Of a DNA stretch of 64,000 nucleotides, positions 43,740 to 58,474 are shown piece after piece. Each line of letters opens with the position of its first letter. Positions within the stretch are counted from its first letter, which is position 1. Source of the DNA: the human T2T-CHM13v2.0 reference genome, Homo sapiens; NCBI RefSeq assembly GCF_009914755.1, contig NC_060927.1. One strand, given 5' to 3'. Both the position numbers and the translations under genes were made by a program. The notes under the pieces are model-generated. The model saw only the letters and a list, made by a program, of their open reading frames with translations, was not told the origin of the DNA and did not search any database.

Positions 43740-44294
43740 TCTCTAGAAAAAGAAGCCCTTTTGCAGGTTCTGAGACCTGTTCAGGTAGCCTGCTCTCTGG
43801 AGATGGAGGAACGCAGTGGATTGCAGGTTTCTAAAACTGGTAGCAGAATGACATTTGAGGCCTTGTTAAAACTTCTGAGGCCTGGTCTTCTAAATTAGAC
43901 TCTCTTGGACTGAAGGCCAGGAATCTGTATTTGACAAGTTTCCTGGGTTACCTGGATATGCAGCCTGGTTTGGGAACCCTGGCCTGGGGACCTCCCAAGA
44001 TTTTTGTTGGCCCTAGGGCAGAGCTGATGTAACTACTGCCCCAATTGTGCCCAGGTTTCTGTTTGTTTTGTTTTGTTTTGTTTGCTTGGCTGTGCTAAAG
44101 CCCAGAGAGGGAGACAGGGAGCTAAGGATTAGGACATGGCTTCTGCCTTCACAGATCCCCAGCGTAATGTTTAAATCATGGTACCAGCTATGATTTAGGG
44201 CAGCCATTGTGCCCTCCTTAGCGACATACAGATGGTTAGAGAAACCAGCCCTTGAATGGCAAAGCAGGAGAGTGACTAAGAGTTGTACTAGTGA

Positions 44295-44603
<309 letters not shown>

Positions 44604-44954
44604 AGTACTAGTGACTTTTTAAAAAAAATTGATGCTGGTGAAAATTCAACAGAGCTGCACTTGCCACTCTCAAACTCAATTGGTATAATGGATCATTTGT
44701 TTATTTCTGTATGTGTTTCAAACTCTATCAGCAAAGCCACAAAGTATACAGAGAAAGAGATAGAAAAGAAAATTAAGCTTCAAATGGAAGAATAAGGAAA
44801 TATGCTGAAATATGAAGTGAATATGGTGCTTAAGTAAGTGTGCAAGGATAGAATAATTGTAACTCATATTCTAGTGGTCAATACTGGGATCATATGAAAT
44901 ACATAAGTAGACATACAAACTAGAAATACATTTTAGTTTAAAATGAAAAATGTG

Positions 44955-45328
<374 letters not shown>

Positions 45329-45384
45329 TTAGATCTACAACAAAGGAGTCAAGTCACTCAGGTGGAGCATTTTAAAAAAACCAA

Positions 45385-46050
45385 GTTATAGGATTATTCA
45401 ATGTTTGGTAGAAGTACCCAGTGAGACCATCTGGGCCTGCAAGATTTCTTTTTGGGGAGCTTTTAAATTACAAATTCAACTTATTTAATGGTTAAATAGT
45501 CCTATAACCATTAAATAAATTTAATTCAAATTTGAAAACCTCCTGAAAAATAAATCTCTTGTTTTCAACTCTGACCTGTAAAGAACTTGAAAATTGTTAC
45601 TCCTGTCCTCAAAGAAGATAAAAGCCCCTTCCCCCCACCAAAAACTAAAAATCAATGACATTTTTTGGACCCATTGAATAACTGAGGTCACAGGGCTAAC
45701 TGCCACTTCAAAATCTGGAGAGGTAGGCAAATCCACAGATCTTAGCTGAGATCTGTTTCCCTGGAGCAGAAGCTGCTGGAGGCACTCTGGTAGGAATGCT
45801 TACATGGTGATTTAAAGGAATTGCTGGAGGCTGAGTGTGGGCAAGCATGAGAGTGGGAAATTTTGGGGGCAGCAGTTTTAGATGGGGGGGCCATAGTTCT
45901 GTGGGTTTTATCTTTAGGGACCCCATCATCTCATGATGAAGAATCAAGAAATATCCCATCCATCCTGGCTCTGGCAAGGGGAAGGAAAAGTAACCATTGT
46001 GGAATACACCCAGTGTGTTCTCCATAGCAAAGGAGAGTACTCCAGGAAAA
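45385..46050. mobile_element. Old L1M fragments in both orientations
   Basis: Minus-strand ORF2 motif TGTTTGGTAGAA...CCAGTGAGACCATCTGGGCCTG followed by plus-strand L1M-like sequence. Confidence 0.6.
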
Positions 46051-47435
46051 ATTTCACCAGAGCCTTAGGCTCATCTGGAGGATGGGGCCTTTCCCACTCT
46101 GCACACATTGGCCTTCCCAACTCCTCTAAGGGCCTAAGGGCAGGGTGGGTTGGGGTGGGGGAAGCAGGTGTTCCCTCCCCAATACCTTATCACCATACTA
46201 GCAGTTTCCAGTATAATAATAGTAATAATAATAGTGGATTATAGCTGAAAGGGCCACAAGACAGACTCTATCTAGAGTGGTCCTTAGGAAAGCCAAAAGA
46301 CAACAGGGGGGTCAAAACAAGGACATTGGAGAAGCAAAGCCTCTGGTGCCTCTGGCTTACCTGTGAAGTCCTGTTCCAAGAGTAAGAACACTGGCTCCCA
46401 TCACCCATCATCAATCCACTTAACCATTCAGTTCCAATATAGACGTAAAGCAGTATCAGCATTGTTAACCTGCATGGTCTGGAGTGAAAGGATCAAGGTT
46501 GGTCAGATTCCTGTGCTCAAGAATTTGAACTGAGAAATGGAAAGAATGACACAGTTGATGGAAGCTGAAGGTGAAAGAAGCCAAGGGGTAGGATGGGGGC
46601 CATGATGGGTCAGATGGGCCACTCAAGTTACAAGTAAAGAAGAGTCCTTGTGTAGACTAGAGATGTGATTGGAGAGGGAAAGTGTGAGCCAGTCATGCTC
46701 AGAGGCCAGGGCAGACTCAGGGAGAGATTGAGTCCTTTTGATGGCAGATTGCTGGTGTGAAGGGGCAGGTTCTTGCTGCTGAGGTGCCCCAAGCTGCTGT
46801 GACTGGAGCAGGACTGAGTGACCTCGAGAACTTGGCTGGATTCTGGTGTTCCCTGCACCCTCGCAAGGTGCTTGTTACTATGATGGCTACTATGCATGCT
46901 TATAACACACTCCCCTACACCCCCCCGCCGCCCACACACACACACCACACACCCTCGAGGAAACTCAACCCAAACTCTGAGCCTGTAAACCAGCCAGAAA
47001 AGTTCTGATGGAATAGGTGACACACGCAATTTTGGAAAGATTGATTTTGAGATGTCTCTTTACACAGGACATCAGGAGGCAGTTGGTCAGGAACTAAGGA
47101 GAGAGGCATGGGCTGGATATCAAGACCTGGGCATCATTAGGAAGAGGGTGGCAGTGACACACAGCAGGAGGGAAGACCACAGCATAGGGAGCAGCATGGA
47201 TTGAGGGGAGCCGAGGCCCAGGCTGCAGCTCCAGGGAGCCTCTGTTCTTGGTGGCCAGCTTTGGAAATGGAAGAGCAGTGGAGATGGAAGCATTTTATTC
47301 AGCGAGGTAGGATAGGTGGAGAACTGGGAGAAACCACAGAAAGAGAGAATTTCAAGAGCAGGGGCGTCCACTGTTGTCAAATAGCAACACTAGCACACAA
47401 CAAAATATAATCCATGATAAAGATAGCAATAAATT

Positions 47436-47737
47436 GGCCGGGCACAGTGGCTCATGCCTGCAACCCCAACACTTTGGGAGGCCAAGGTGCATAGATCACC
47501 TGAGGTCAGGAGTTCAAGACTAGCCTGGCCAACATGGTGAAATCCCATCTCTACTAAAAATACAAAATTAGCTGGGCATGGTGGCGCATGCCTGTAATCC
47601 CAGCTACTCAGGGGACTGAGGTGGGAGAATCACTTGAACGCGGGAGACAGAGGTTGCAGTGTGCCATTGCATTCCAGCCTGGGCAACAAGAGCGAAACTC
47701 CATCTCAAAAAATAAATAAATAAATAAATAAATAAAA
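47436..47737 (+). mobile_element. AluS
   Basis: Full-length with (TAAA)n tail; TSD GCAATAAAT. Confidence 0.95.
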
Positions 47738-47924
47738 GGCAATAAATCACTGTGGAAATTAAACTATTGTTCAACGAATGGTGTTAGGACACTGATTAGC
47801 TATTTGAGGAAAAAAGCCAATTGAGAGTTTCCACTTTCTGCTGTATACCAAAGTACATTTCAAGTGAATCAGAAAATTAAATGGTCACCTGTTTCATCTT
47901 GCCTGTTTTTGGTTCTTTATATTT

Positions 47925-48228
<304 letters not shown>

Positions 48229-48289
48229 TTCTTTGTATTTCAAATTGAAGTTTTGGGTTATGTTTTTATGTGGACTGTTGTTGTTTGGT

Positions 48290-49150
48290 TTATTTCAATT
48301 GAAAGGAAAAGATCAATAGATAAAGCTACATAAACTACTGTCCATGCACCAAAAGCATCATATGCAAAATTAAGAGGCAAAAGGTAAACTGGAGCAAAAT
48401 GCTTTTCATGTATATAATAGACAAAGGGCTATGTGCTTAGTAAATAAAGGACTCATATCCACAAGACAGGAGTAACACTGAGAATCCAGAGATAATGTGG
48501 GCAAAGAATACAAATAGGCAAAAATAGACATGAAAATGCTCAAGACAGTTGAGGGAAAATGTTCAAGTTCATGAGCGATCAGAGAAAAGCAAATTAAACC
48601 AATGAACTAGATTTTCTAAATTCTTGCCAAACTGACTGGAGCACAGACACTCTCTGGTGGCCACGTGACACTGTTACATCCTTTCTAGAAGGCAATTTGG
48701 CAGCTGATATCAAGAAACTTAAAAACTTGTATGCCCTTTCACTCAGTAACACAGGGCAGTTTCAATTCTAGGAAACTTCCCTAAGAAAATAAACATCATT
48801 GGGGTCAAAGATTCACATGCCAAGATGTTTGTCTCAGCAGTATAGTAATAGGGAAAGAATAGAACATGCTAAATGTTGACTAGTAGAGACAATTTATGGT
48901 ACACGTTAAAATGAGTGTTAAAGATTCATTAAAATTATGCATAGAAAGAGTTTTTAGTGGTATGATAAAGTGCTTGTGATGCAATGTTAAGGGGAAAAAG
49001 AATACGCATTTCCATAAGTCACATATTTTCACCTCTGCTTTAAGAAAAAGATCAAAAAGAAATATACAAATTATTAAGAGTTTATGTCTAGGTGGTAGCT
49101 GGTAGGGTGATTGGAAAATATAGATAAGTATTTTTACAACTAGAATTTCA
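48290..49150 (+). mobile_element. Old L1M 3' fragment (probably continuing from ~47400-47880)
   Basis: TAGACAAAGGGCTA, CAAATTAAA, GGCAATTTGGCA, TCAATTCTAGGAA landmarks. Confidence 0.7.
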
Positions 49151-49409
49151 ACGACATTCATTTCTATATTGTTGACTTCTAAAAATCTTTTCTGAGCTTA
49201 AAAACCTTTTTTTCTATAAAAGTAAATCAACTCAATGAAAGTTAATTAACTTGAACAATGTGTTGAAATAATTAAACTGATAAGAAAACTCATTGAATTT
49301 TTAAAAAGCACTAAGTCTGCTGTGATTATATAAATTCTATGTACAGAGAAAATTATTTTAGTGATGAGAGGAAAAGGAGACAGGAATGGACAATTAGCCT
49401 ATGTAGAAA

Positions 49410-49446
<37 letters not shown>

Positions 49447-49461
49447 CAGAGAAAGAGAGAG
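49410..49461 (+). repeat. Compound (TG)n(AG)n microsatellite
   Basis: Read directly. Confidence 0.95.
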
Positions 49462-50416
49462 AATTAGTGTGATTCATTTATGAATACATATCAGAAAACA
49501 ATACTTTCTCCATTTTTCTATTCTTTTAAAAATATTTTAAACACAGAAAAATTTAGAGAATTGTAGAATTATATAACCCATTCCTAGAGTTAATAAATGT
49601 TAGCATTCTGTCATATTCAGTTTATTTTTTAGGAAATAAACATTACAGAAACATTTGAATTCCCTGCTTCACCCCCACGCCTCCCCCCACAACCAGTTGG
49701 TTCTCTCCTCCCCTGCCTCCTGCCATATCACACCTCCTTTGTTGGTTCACTGCGTTTGAACTTATGAGAGAAAAAGCTGTCAGAGCTCCTTGCATTTGTG
49801 CATGCAGCACAGCAGGGCCTTCAGAGCTGCCCTCCCAACACGGCCTGTCCAAGCAGACTCAGCCTGGCCAGGTAGGTCCCTCATTCGCTAAGGCTAGCGA
49901 GATCCCCTGACTATGGCCCTCCAAAGGCACCTCCACTCACCCAGGGGTCCTGGGAACTCTCCCTGCTCCGCCCCATAGGCTGGGTAGCCTGGAAGAGTCT
50001 TGCCACTGGGCAGTCTCTTCTTTGGTACCAGAGGTCTTGGCTGTGAGCCATAGTCCCTTCTGGCTTGAGATTAGTATGGTAGGTGGCATCTCCTGGACCC
50101 CTCCACCCCTGCAGCCTGTTATTCTAATCTTCCCCCCACCCTTTTTTTTTTTTTTTTTTGTCTTTCACAGCCAACTCTGAGAAGTGGTTTTCCACATTTC
50201 TTCCTTTGGGAATTGAAAGCGTTGGGGAAGCACAGGCATGAGGAACAGTGAAGAGCAGGAGCTCTTACAGTCTGTCTGCTGGGGGGTTTAATTCACTATC
50301 TCCTGCCAGGCTCATTTGTCCATGCATCAAATACTTAATGAGCCTCCACTCTACGGGAAGCACTGCTGTGGGCTTGGGTGATACCATGTTGAGCAGACAC
50401 AGACTCAGTTCCTGTC

Positions 50417-50890
50417 TGTATTAGTTTTCCTTTGCTTCTGTAACAAATTACTACAAACTTGAGGCTTACAAAAACACAAATTTGTTGTATTATAGTTCTA
50501 GAGGCCAGACGTCTAAAATCAAGGTGCCAGCAAGGCTGGTTCCTTCTGGAGGCTTCAGAGAATGATTTGTTTCTTGGCCCCTTCCAGCTTCTGGAGGCTG
50601 CCTGCATCCCTTGGCTTGTGGCCCCTTCCTTCATTTTCAATGTGCCTCACTCCAACCTCTGGTTCTGTCATGTCTCTTTTTTCTAATGTCTGACTCTCTT
50701 GTGTGCCACCTATAAGGCCCCTTATGATTACAGTGGGCCTACTGAGATAATCCAGGAAAATTTCCACATCTTAAGATCCTTCACTTAATCCCACCCGCAA
50801 AGTCCCTTTTGCGTGGAAGGTAACATATTCACTAGTTGTGGGGATTTGGACCTGGACACTTTTGGGGGTGCATTATTCTGCCTATGACAC
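50417..50890 (-). mobile_element. MLT1 solo LTR
   Basis: TGTATTAGTTTTCC...TAACAAATTACTACAAACTT...AAATCAAGGTG...GGTAACATATTCAC...CATTATTCTGCCTA. Confidence 0.9.
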
Positions 50891-51360
50891 CATCCCCACA
50901 GCAGTTTTCACTTATGTGATTAGTTGTTAAACAAGTCACTGCAAATGCAAGGAGGAGAGGCAGCAGCTTGGCAGGGAGCTCAGAGGCTGCCCCCAGGAAA
51001 TGACTTGCTCAGGACCTGGAGACTGAGGAAGATGTGACAGACACAGAGGGAAGAGAGGGGTAATTCACACAGTGGGCACAGCAGGCGGCAGGATAGGGAA
51101 GACAGGTGGCAGGACAGGACGAGGTGAGGACAGGGACTCTCTGACATTTGTGGGTTGGTAGGAAAGACAGGAGGAAAGAGGAGCCTGAAATGAGGCAATG
51201 GAAAGGCAGAGGCCAGAGAGCCTAGATTAGGTAATTTGGTTCAGGATTCTTTTCTTAATGTCAATTGGAGAGTGTAATCAGGGATCACAGACTGGCTTGT
51301 TTTTTGAAAGTTTCCTCTGGCTGCATTGTGTTAAGAAGACCCTGGTGAAGGGATTCTGAC

Positions 51361-52406
51361 TGTGGCCAAAATGACAACGTAACTTCCCCCCAAAGATGTC
51401 CAGGCCTGAATCTCTGGAGCCTGTGCCTGTTATGTTACATGGCAAGGGGGAATTCAGATAGCAGAAGGAGTTAAGGTTTCTAACCAGCTGACCTTAAATG
51501 GGATAGTACCCTGGATAATCTAGGTGGGCCAGTGTAATCACAAGGGGCCTTAAATGTGGAAGAGAAAGGCAGGAGAGTCAATGTCACATTGATGTGATGT
51601 GAGAAAGACCTGACAGGTTACTGCTGGCTTTGAAGATGGAGGGGCCCATAAGCCAAGGAGTATAGGCAGTCTCTAGAACAGCGGTCCCCATCCTTTTTGG
51701 CACCAGGGATCAGTTTTGGGGAAGACAATTTTTCCATGGATGGTGTGGGGAGGGGAATGGTTTTGGAATGATTCAAGAATATCATATTTATTGTACACTT
51801 TATTTCTATAATTATTACATTATAATATATAATGAAGTAATTATACAAGTCACCATAATGTAGAATCAATGGGAACCCTGAGCTTGTTTTCCTTCAACTA
51901 GATGGTCAGCTAGATGGTCCCATCTGGGGGTGATGGGAGTGACAGATCATCAGGCATTAGATTCTTATAAGGAGTACCCAACCTAGATCCCTTACATGCA
52001 TTCACAGTTCACAGTAGGGTTCATGCTCCTATGAGAATCTAATGCCCCACTAATCTGAAAGGAAGTGGAGCTCAGGCAGTAATGCAAGTGATGGGGAGTG
52101 GCTGTAAACACAGTTGAAGCTTCTCTTGGTTGCCTGCTGCTCACCTCCTGCTGTGCAGCCTGGTCCTAATAGGCCACGGACCAGTACCTGTCTGTGGTCC
52201 CGGGATTGGGGACCCCTGCTCTAGAAGCTGGAAAAGGTAAGGAAACAGATTCTCTCCTTGAGCCTCCAGAAAGGAACACAGCCCTGTGGATGCTTTGATT
52301 TTAGTCCCATGAGATCCGTTGTGGACTTCTTAACTCACAGCACTATAAGATGATGGATTCATGTTGCTGTGTTCATTTGTTACAGCAGCAGTAAGAAACT
52401 TATCCA
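51361..52406 (+). mobile_element. MLT1D/E-like solo LTR interrupted by MER1A
   Basis: CCCCAAAGATGTCC...GGCTTTGAAGATGGAGG...[MER1]...GAAGCTGGAAAAGG...TTGTTACAGCAGC. Confidence 0.88.
51679..52218. mobile_element. MER1A hAT-Charlie element, full length
   Basis: TIRs CAGCGGTCCCCA / TGGGGACCCCTG; perfect 8-bp TSD CTCTAGAA (51671-51678 / 52219-52226). Confidence 0.92.
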
Positions 52407-52546
52407 GCTTGGAAGTTCAGGGGGCTATTGGGGATTTAAATTGGGAGCAAGGAACAGAGGTAGGGAGACTTGGTCAATTGCTCTTTTAGAGATCTTGCCC
52501 CTGGGATGTGGGGAGCAGGACAGATGCTTTGAAAAAGGGGGCTCTG

Positions 52547-52968
<422 letters not shown>

Positions 52969-53234
52969 TCATGGAGGGTGGGGACGAGAGGCAGGAGAGG
53001 AGGAGAAAGGCACGCACCGTATCCAGGGCCCGCTATGTCCTCAGTTCATAGAGTCTTTATGTCTCATTTCACAGACAAGGAAATAGAGGCTTAGAAGCAG
53101 AAATCAAGTGACAAGCTCAGGCCACAGGGCTGAACAACGATGATGTGAATATTCAAGCTCCTGTTGGTTTGGAGAGGCAGATACGGTCCTGCCAAGAGCA
53201 TCAGCTCCACAGGTAGTGTCAAAACATTATGGGT

Positions 53235-53580
53235 TTGTGTGGTGGACACAGAGCTGCACTGCCCAGCTCCCCTTCAGGAAGGCACAGTGGCCAGCTGCGG
53301 GCGTGCAGTCAGCTGCTGGTTGTAAGCTCTTTCCTGTGTACCTTGCCCAAGGTTACACCCCCAGGGAGTCTGTATCCAACCCCTTAGGAGCCAGGGTGTG
53401 AGAGTCTGGCCACTTGGACCAAATGTGGATACTGCCAGGCGAGCCTGCTCCAGGCCCTTGGCTGACCATGGCTGTGTGGGGCCTGAGTCACAGATTGGCG
53501 TCTTCCTCAGCTCATCCTGCCCCGCCAGGATTGACCCCTATTAAACTCAGCCTCTGCTTCGAGGAACCTAACCTGCAAGA
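53235..53580 (+). mobile_element. LTR16A-like solo LTR
   Basis: TGCCCAGCTCCCCTTCAGG...TTGCCCAAGGTTACACCCC...TCAGCCTCTGCTTC...GGAACCTAACCTGC. Confidence 0.65.
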
Positions 53581-54444
53581 GTAGCAGAGCAAGTCTTTGG
53601 ATAGATAAGACAGTCTTTGGAGAGAAGGAGGCCTCAGTGGAGGGCTGAGGGGGCTATGCTTTGCATTCTAGGTAATGTTTTCTCCAAGCTGCTTTTATTT
53701 TTGGTACAGAAAAATGAGACAGGGTCCTCCCCATGTTTAAAGCTTCTTTTGGTTTTCATTTTCTCTGCTTTGGAGTTGAGATGTGGGTGATTGCATGTGT
53801 CTGGCTGAGTGAGAAGCAGTGCTCCTGAGCCTGATGGCCAGGAATTCCTGGGAACTTGGTGTCCTTCTCCTCTGGCTGAGCCACGCCCAGGTTCATCTTC
53901 AAATCTGGCTGGCTGTGCATCTCACCTCCCTCACTCTCCAGCCCCCAACTGCCTGCATGTCATACTGAAAGCAGCAGAGGGCTGGCAGAGGATACCACGT
54001 GGCTGCCTGATTCATTTCCAAGAGGGAAACCGACATTATCCATTCAAAGGGCAGAGGGAGCCATTGTTTACAGGAGCCTTTCCTCCTCCATCCTGGCTTC
54101 ACCTTCTGGGAAAAGTGGGGACGCTCCACCTGCGCAGCAGCTTGTGGTAGGGTGGAGGGGGCTTGGGAGCCACAGTGGACCCCCCACAAGCCCTCTACCA
54201 AGGACCACGTGACAACAGGGATATGCACATTAACCCAAATTATTTGTCTACTTCAATCCCTGAACACTTTGTGTATCAGAAATTCTCTTAAAGATAAAGT
54301 GAGGTCTTTTTATTAACAGAGGTCAGAATGCAGGAGAGAAGAGGGATGGGGAGCCAGTCAGAGAAAGGAGCGCAGGCCTTCTCTACTCAGCCCAACCTGC
54401 AGGCTCCTCAGTGATCCCGGTTATACCGCCTGTATATGCGTATG

Positions 54445-54842
54445 CAGTCTTGTGCTAGGAAGTGGCTGAAGCCTCTGTTCTGTAGTCTCTGCTGATTTCT
54501 GTGTTGTAAACATTTCCCCCACAGCTGATATCAGGCTATCCAGGAGACGTCACTGAGCACAGAGTAAGGAGGAGCTGGGCAGTAGCCCCCATCAGGGAGG
54601 ATTCCACCATCAAGACACAATAGATACCAGACCCTTAAGAGCATAGAAGACAGTAAGACGCAGTAAAATAATTAAGAAGTGATGAGTTTGGGTATTTATT
54701 ACCTTTGTTTTTAATATAATTTATTTAATTGTAAGTTTATGAAATTTAATTTTACAATGGCTGTGTTTAACCACTGGTTCACAACGTTTCTGATCATTTA
54801 ATAAGTGACTTTCACGGGCCAGTGATGAGCCTACGGCACTGC
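54445..54842. mobile_element. MER63 (hAT-Blackjack)
   Basis: CAGTAAAATAATTAAGAAGTGATGAGTTT...GGCTGTGTTTAACCACTGG. Confidence 0.7.
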
Positions 54843-55024
54843 ACTCCAGCCACTCAGCAACTCCATGTCCCCTCATATCTATCATCCTAAATGCCACAAG
54901 GGGTGAGTCTGTGGGCTCAGCTACAGTGTGGCTTCCCTTACCTCCACCCTCTGCTCCCAGCCTACCTTCTCTCTCGCAGTGTCTCCGAGGGAACTGCAGA
55001 TGAACTTTACTTCCTGGAGGGAGT

Positions 55025-55165
55025 GAGCATAATGTAGTGGAAAGGGTTTTTCAAGTCTGCCATTCACTTAGAATGACGTTGGGTGAGTTACTTAACTAGT
55101 CTGAGCCTTGGTCTCTCAATCTCTAAAATGGGGTAATAGGAGTTACTTCATAGGGTTACTATGCT
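55025..55165 (+). mobile_element. MIR
   Basis: AGTTACTTAAC...CTGAGCCT...TAAAATGGGGTAATA...ACTTCATAGGGTT. Confidence 0.75.
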
Positions 55166-55273
55166 TTTGATAGGGATTGTTAACTATATCCCAATATCTA
55201 TGCCTCCCCCACCCCCCCCCCACCATTTACAGAGCAGTAGAATTTTTAGCTGAACAAATACTGTGTGGATTGA

Positions 55274-55495
<222 letters not shown>

Positions 55496-55654
55496 TAAAT
55501 AAATAAATTCTGCTTATTGGGATAAAAGTGGAAGTGATGTGTGCAATACCCAGGCCATACCCTTGAAAGGTAAGAACATGCTTCCCTTTCCAGTGTTCTC
55601 TCTTTCTGCTGGCTGGAATGCTGATGTGATTCTAGGAGTAGAAGCTGCTATCTG

Positions 55655-55962
55655 GGCCGGGCACGGTGGTTCATGCCTGTAATCCCAGCACTTTGGGAGG
55701 CCAGGGCAGGAGGATCACTTGAGGTCATGAGTTTGAGAACAGCCTGGCCAACATGGTGAAACCTTGTCTCTACTAAAAATACAAAAATTAGCCAGGCATG
55801 GTGGTGAGCACCGCTAGTCCCGGCTACTCAGGAGGCTGAGGCAGGAGAATTGCTCGAATCCAGGAGGCGGAGGCTGCAGTAAGCCGAGTTCGTGCCACTG
55901 CACTCCAGCCTGGGTGACAGAGGGAGACTCCGTCTCAAAAAAAAAAAAACAACAACAACAAA
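55655..55962 (+). mobile_element. AluS within an MLT1-like LTR (~55170-56130)
   Basis: Full-length; TSD AGAAG(C/T)TGC(T/C)ATCTG. Confidence 0.93.
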
Positions 55963-56129
55963 AGAGAAGTTGCCATCTGGACCATGAGGGAGAAGCCTCA
56001 TGCTGAGTGGCAGAGGAACCAGGTACTAGGAGCCTTGGTCTGATAATCATGCGGTTACCTTACCAGCCCTGGTCTACCTACTCAGCTTTTTATAAGTGGC
56101 AGAAATGGTATTAAGCCTTCATAATTTTG

Positions 56130-56642
56130 AGTTTTTTTTTTCATTTTTGTATTGTAGTGAAATATGCATAACACAGAATTTACCATTTTAAGCAATTTTT
56201 AAGCATGCAATTCAGTAGAACTAAGTACATTTACAATGTTGTGTGACCATCATCATGATCTGTTTCCAGAATAGGTTTTTCCCATCTCAAACAGAAACTC
56301 TGTATCCATTAAATAACAACTCCATATTTTACCCTCTTCCAGCCCCAGATAATCCCTATCTTACTTTCTGTCTCTATGAATTTGACTATTCTAGGTACAT
56401 ACAAGTGGAATCATACAATTTTTGTCTTTTGTGACTGGCTTCTTTCATTTAGCGTGATGCCTTCATGGTTCACCCATGTTGTAGCATGTGTCAGAATCAC
56501 TTTCCTTTTTAAGGCTGAATAATATTCCATTGTATGAATGTATCACATTTGCTTATCCATTCATTGGTCAATGGACACTTGGGTTGTTTCCACATTTTTG
56601 GCTACTGTGAATAATGCTGCTATGAGCATTGGTGTACAAGTG
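56130..56642 (-). mobile_element. L1MB-like 3' end
   Basis: AATTTACCATTTTAAG...TTTAAGGCTGAATAATATTCCATTGTATG...GTGAATAATGCTGCTATGA. Confidence 0.9.
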
Positions 56643-56817
56643 ATTTTGAGTCTTTTTGTTAAAGCAGTGGAAACAATATACTAACTAACACTGGTCTTAA
56701 ATAATGCACACAGTGTTGTTGCAGTGCCTGGCATATATTTCCTCTCTTTGCTCTTTTTTTCTTTTTTTTCTGGAGAGTAAATCAAGGGATGTGGTAAAGA
56801 AAAGTTTGGGATGAAAC

Positions 56818-57010
56818 CAGTGGCTGGCTCAGACCAGCTCACAAAAGCCAATGGTTACATTTTCAGTAAATTTGAGAGCTGGGTGTTAAACTCATGTTGA
56901 CTTGAAATTGGCCATGGTGGGGGTATTTACACTATGGTAATTGGCAAACAATATAAATCGGGGTTTTTTTTGGTTTCTGAGAGAGCTGGTTGTTAAACAT
57001 TATGAGCACC
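56818..57010. mobile_element. MER63A-like
   Basis: ACCAGCTCACAAAAGCCAATGGTTA...TTGAAATTGGCCATGGTGGG...GAGAGCTGGTTGTTAAACAT. Confidence 0.7.
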
Positions 57011-58438
57011 TCCCTGGAGAAAAACCTTCTTTTGCTGGAGGCCCACAAGACTTTGTTATAATTCCATCTTAGGTGGAGGAGGCTGTGAAAATTTTGTTAA
57101 TTATGTTGTTTATGGGTGAGCATTGTTGTATGTGAGGTTTATGAAGTAGACATTTATTTGTGCATGTATGTATGTATCCTTTCTGAAAATTACCTAAGGT
57201 CATGGCAGAGAGGAGACTAGCTAGACATGTTTGCTGTGTGTTGAGGGCTAGGAGAGTGCTTCATGTTGAGATGGCTGCTGATAAGTGGAGCCTCCATCAG
57301 CCTGGGGACCCCTGAATGATAAGAATTCACAGAAGCCCCAGCTGCCCTGTGGTGGACGGGTAGCACGAACAAGAAACGCGCCTTTGTTATTTTAAGCCAG
57401 TGAGGTGTTGAAGTTGTTTGTTCTGCATCATAATCTAGTTTATCCTGACAGATACATCCCCCAAGTGGAGATGTCTGGTAGGTAGCTGCATATATAAAAA
57501 GAGTGTACTAGACTCCATGTAAACGGCATTTAAATCCATGGGATTAGTTGAGCTCTATAAATGGAAAAGAAAAGCGGTCCAAAGACAGAGCTCCGGGGGT
57601 TCATCTATGTGTAAATGTTAGAGGGATGAGGAGGAACCAGAGAAAGAGTGAGAAGGGGTAATTGGCTAGTGGGAGGGGGAAGGCCAAGAATGTGGGGTGC
57701 TGGAAGCCAAGTGAAGAAAGGATCAGACAGGAGGAAGGAGAAATTTACAGAATGGTTGGGAGTGTAAGTTAAGGCCTGAGAGTCATCTTGGCACCAGCAA
57801 AGGGGAGGTTTCTGGGGACTTGCGAGGGGCCAGGGTACAGGCTGACTGCCATTAACTTACTGATACTCTCAACCATTCAGTACATTTACAAAAGATTGGA
57901 AGGAGGAGAGCTAGAGAGAGGGCACATAAGCCTTCCTAGGACTCTGATGCAAAGGAATGACAGAGGAGGCAACACCTGGAGAAGGACGTGGGGGCAACAG
58001 AGGGCTTGGGGAGAATTGCTGGAGCTGTTGAGCGAGAGGGAATACGGGACCTAGGGCAAAGGAGTTTCCCATAGCTGGCAAGGTCCATCTCCAGGAACAG
58101 GAGTGAGGGGAGAACGGAGACACAGAGCTCAGAGGATGGGGGAAAGCAGGTGGGCGCCTGTGCAATGCCTCCTCCATGTAATGGGAAGCTCGTCACCAGA
58201 GGGAGGCTGTGAGGCTCTGAGGGAAGAGAGAGGCAGCAAAGGCAGAAAGCCCCTGGACAGGGTGGGGCCTGTGATAGGCAGACCTCTGGGGGGCTGCTGC
58301 CCCTGCTCCCACTCCCCATGTGGGCAGCTGTCCAGCTGCTTTCTGCCCCACCAGCCTCAGGGAAAGAAGATCTCAGAAGGCAGAAAGGCAAGGGTAAAGG
58401 GTAAGGCTGGCCTGGAAATCCTTCCCTGCTGGCTATCT

Positions 58439-58474
58439 GCCGCCAGGTAGAAGTAGGCCGCCAGGTAGAAGTAG
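58439..58474 (+). repeat. Perfect 18-bp tandem duplication
   Basis: GCCGCCAGGTAGAAGTAG x2. Confidence 0.92.
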
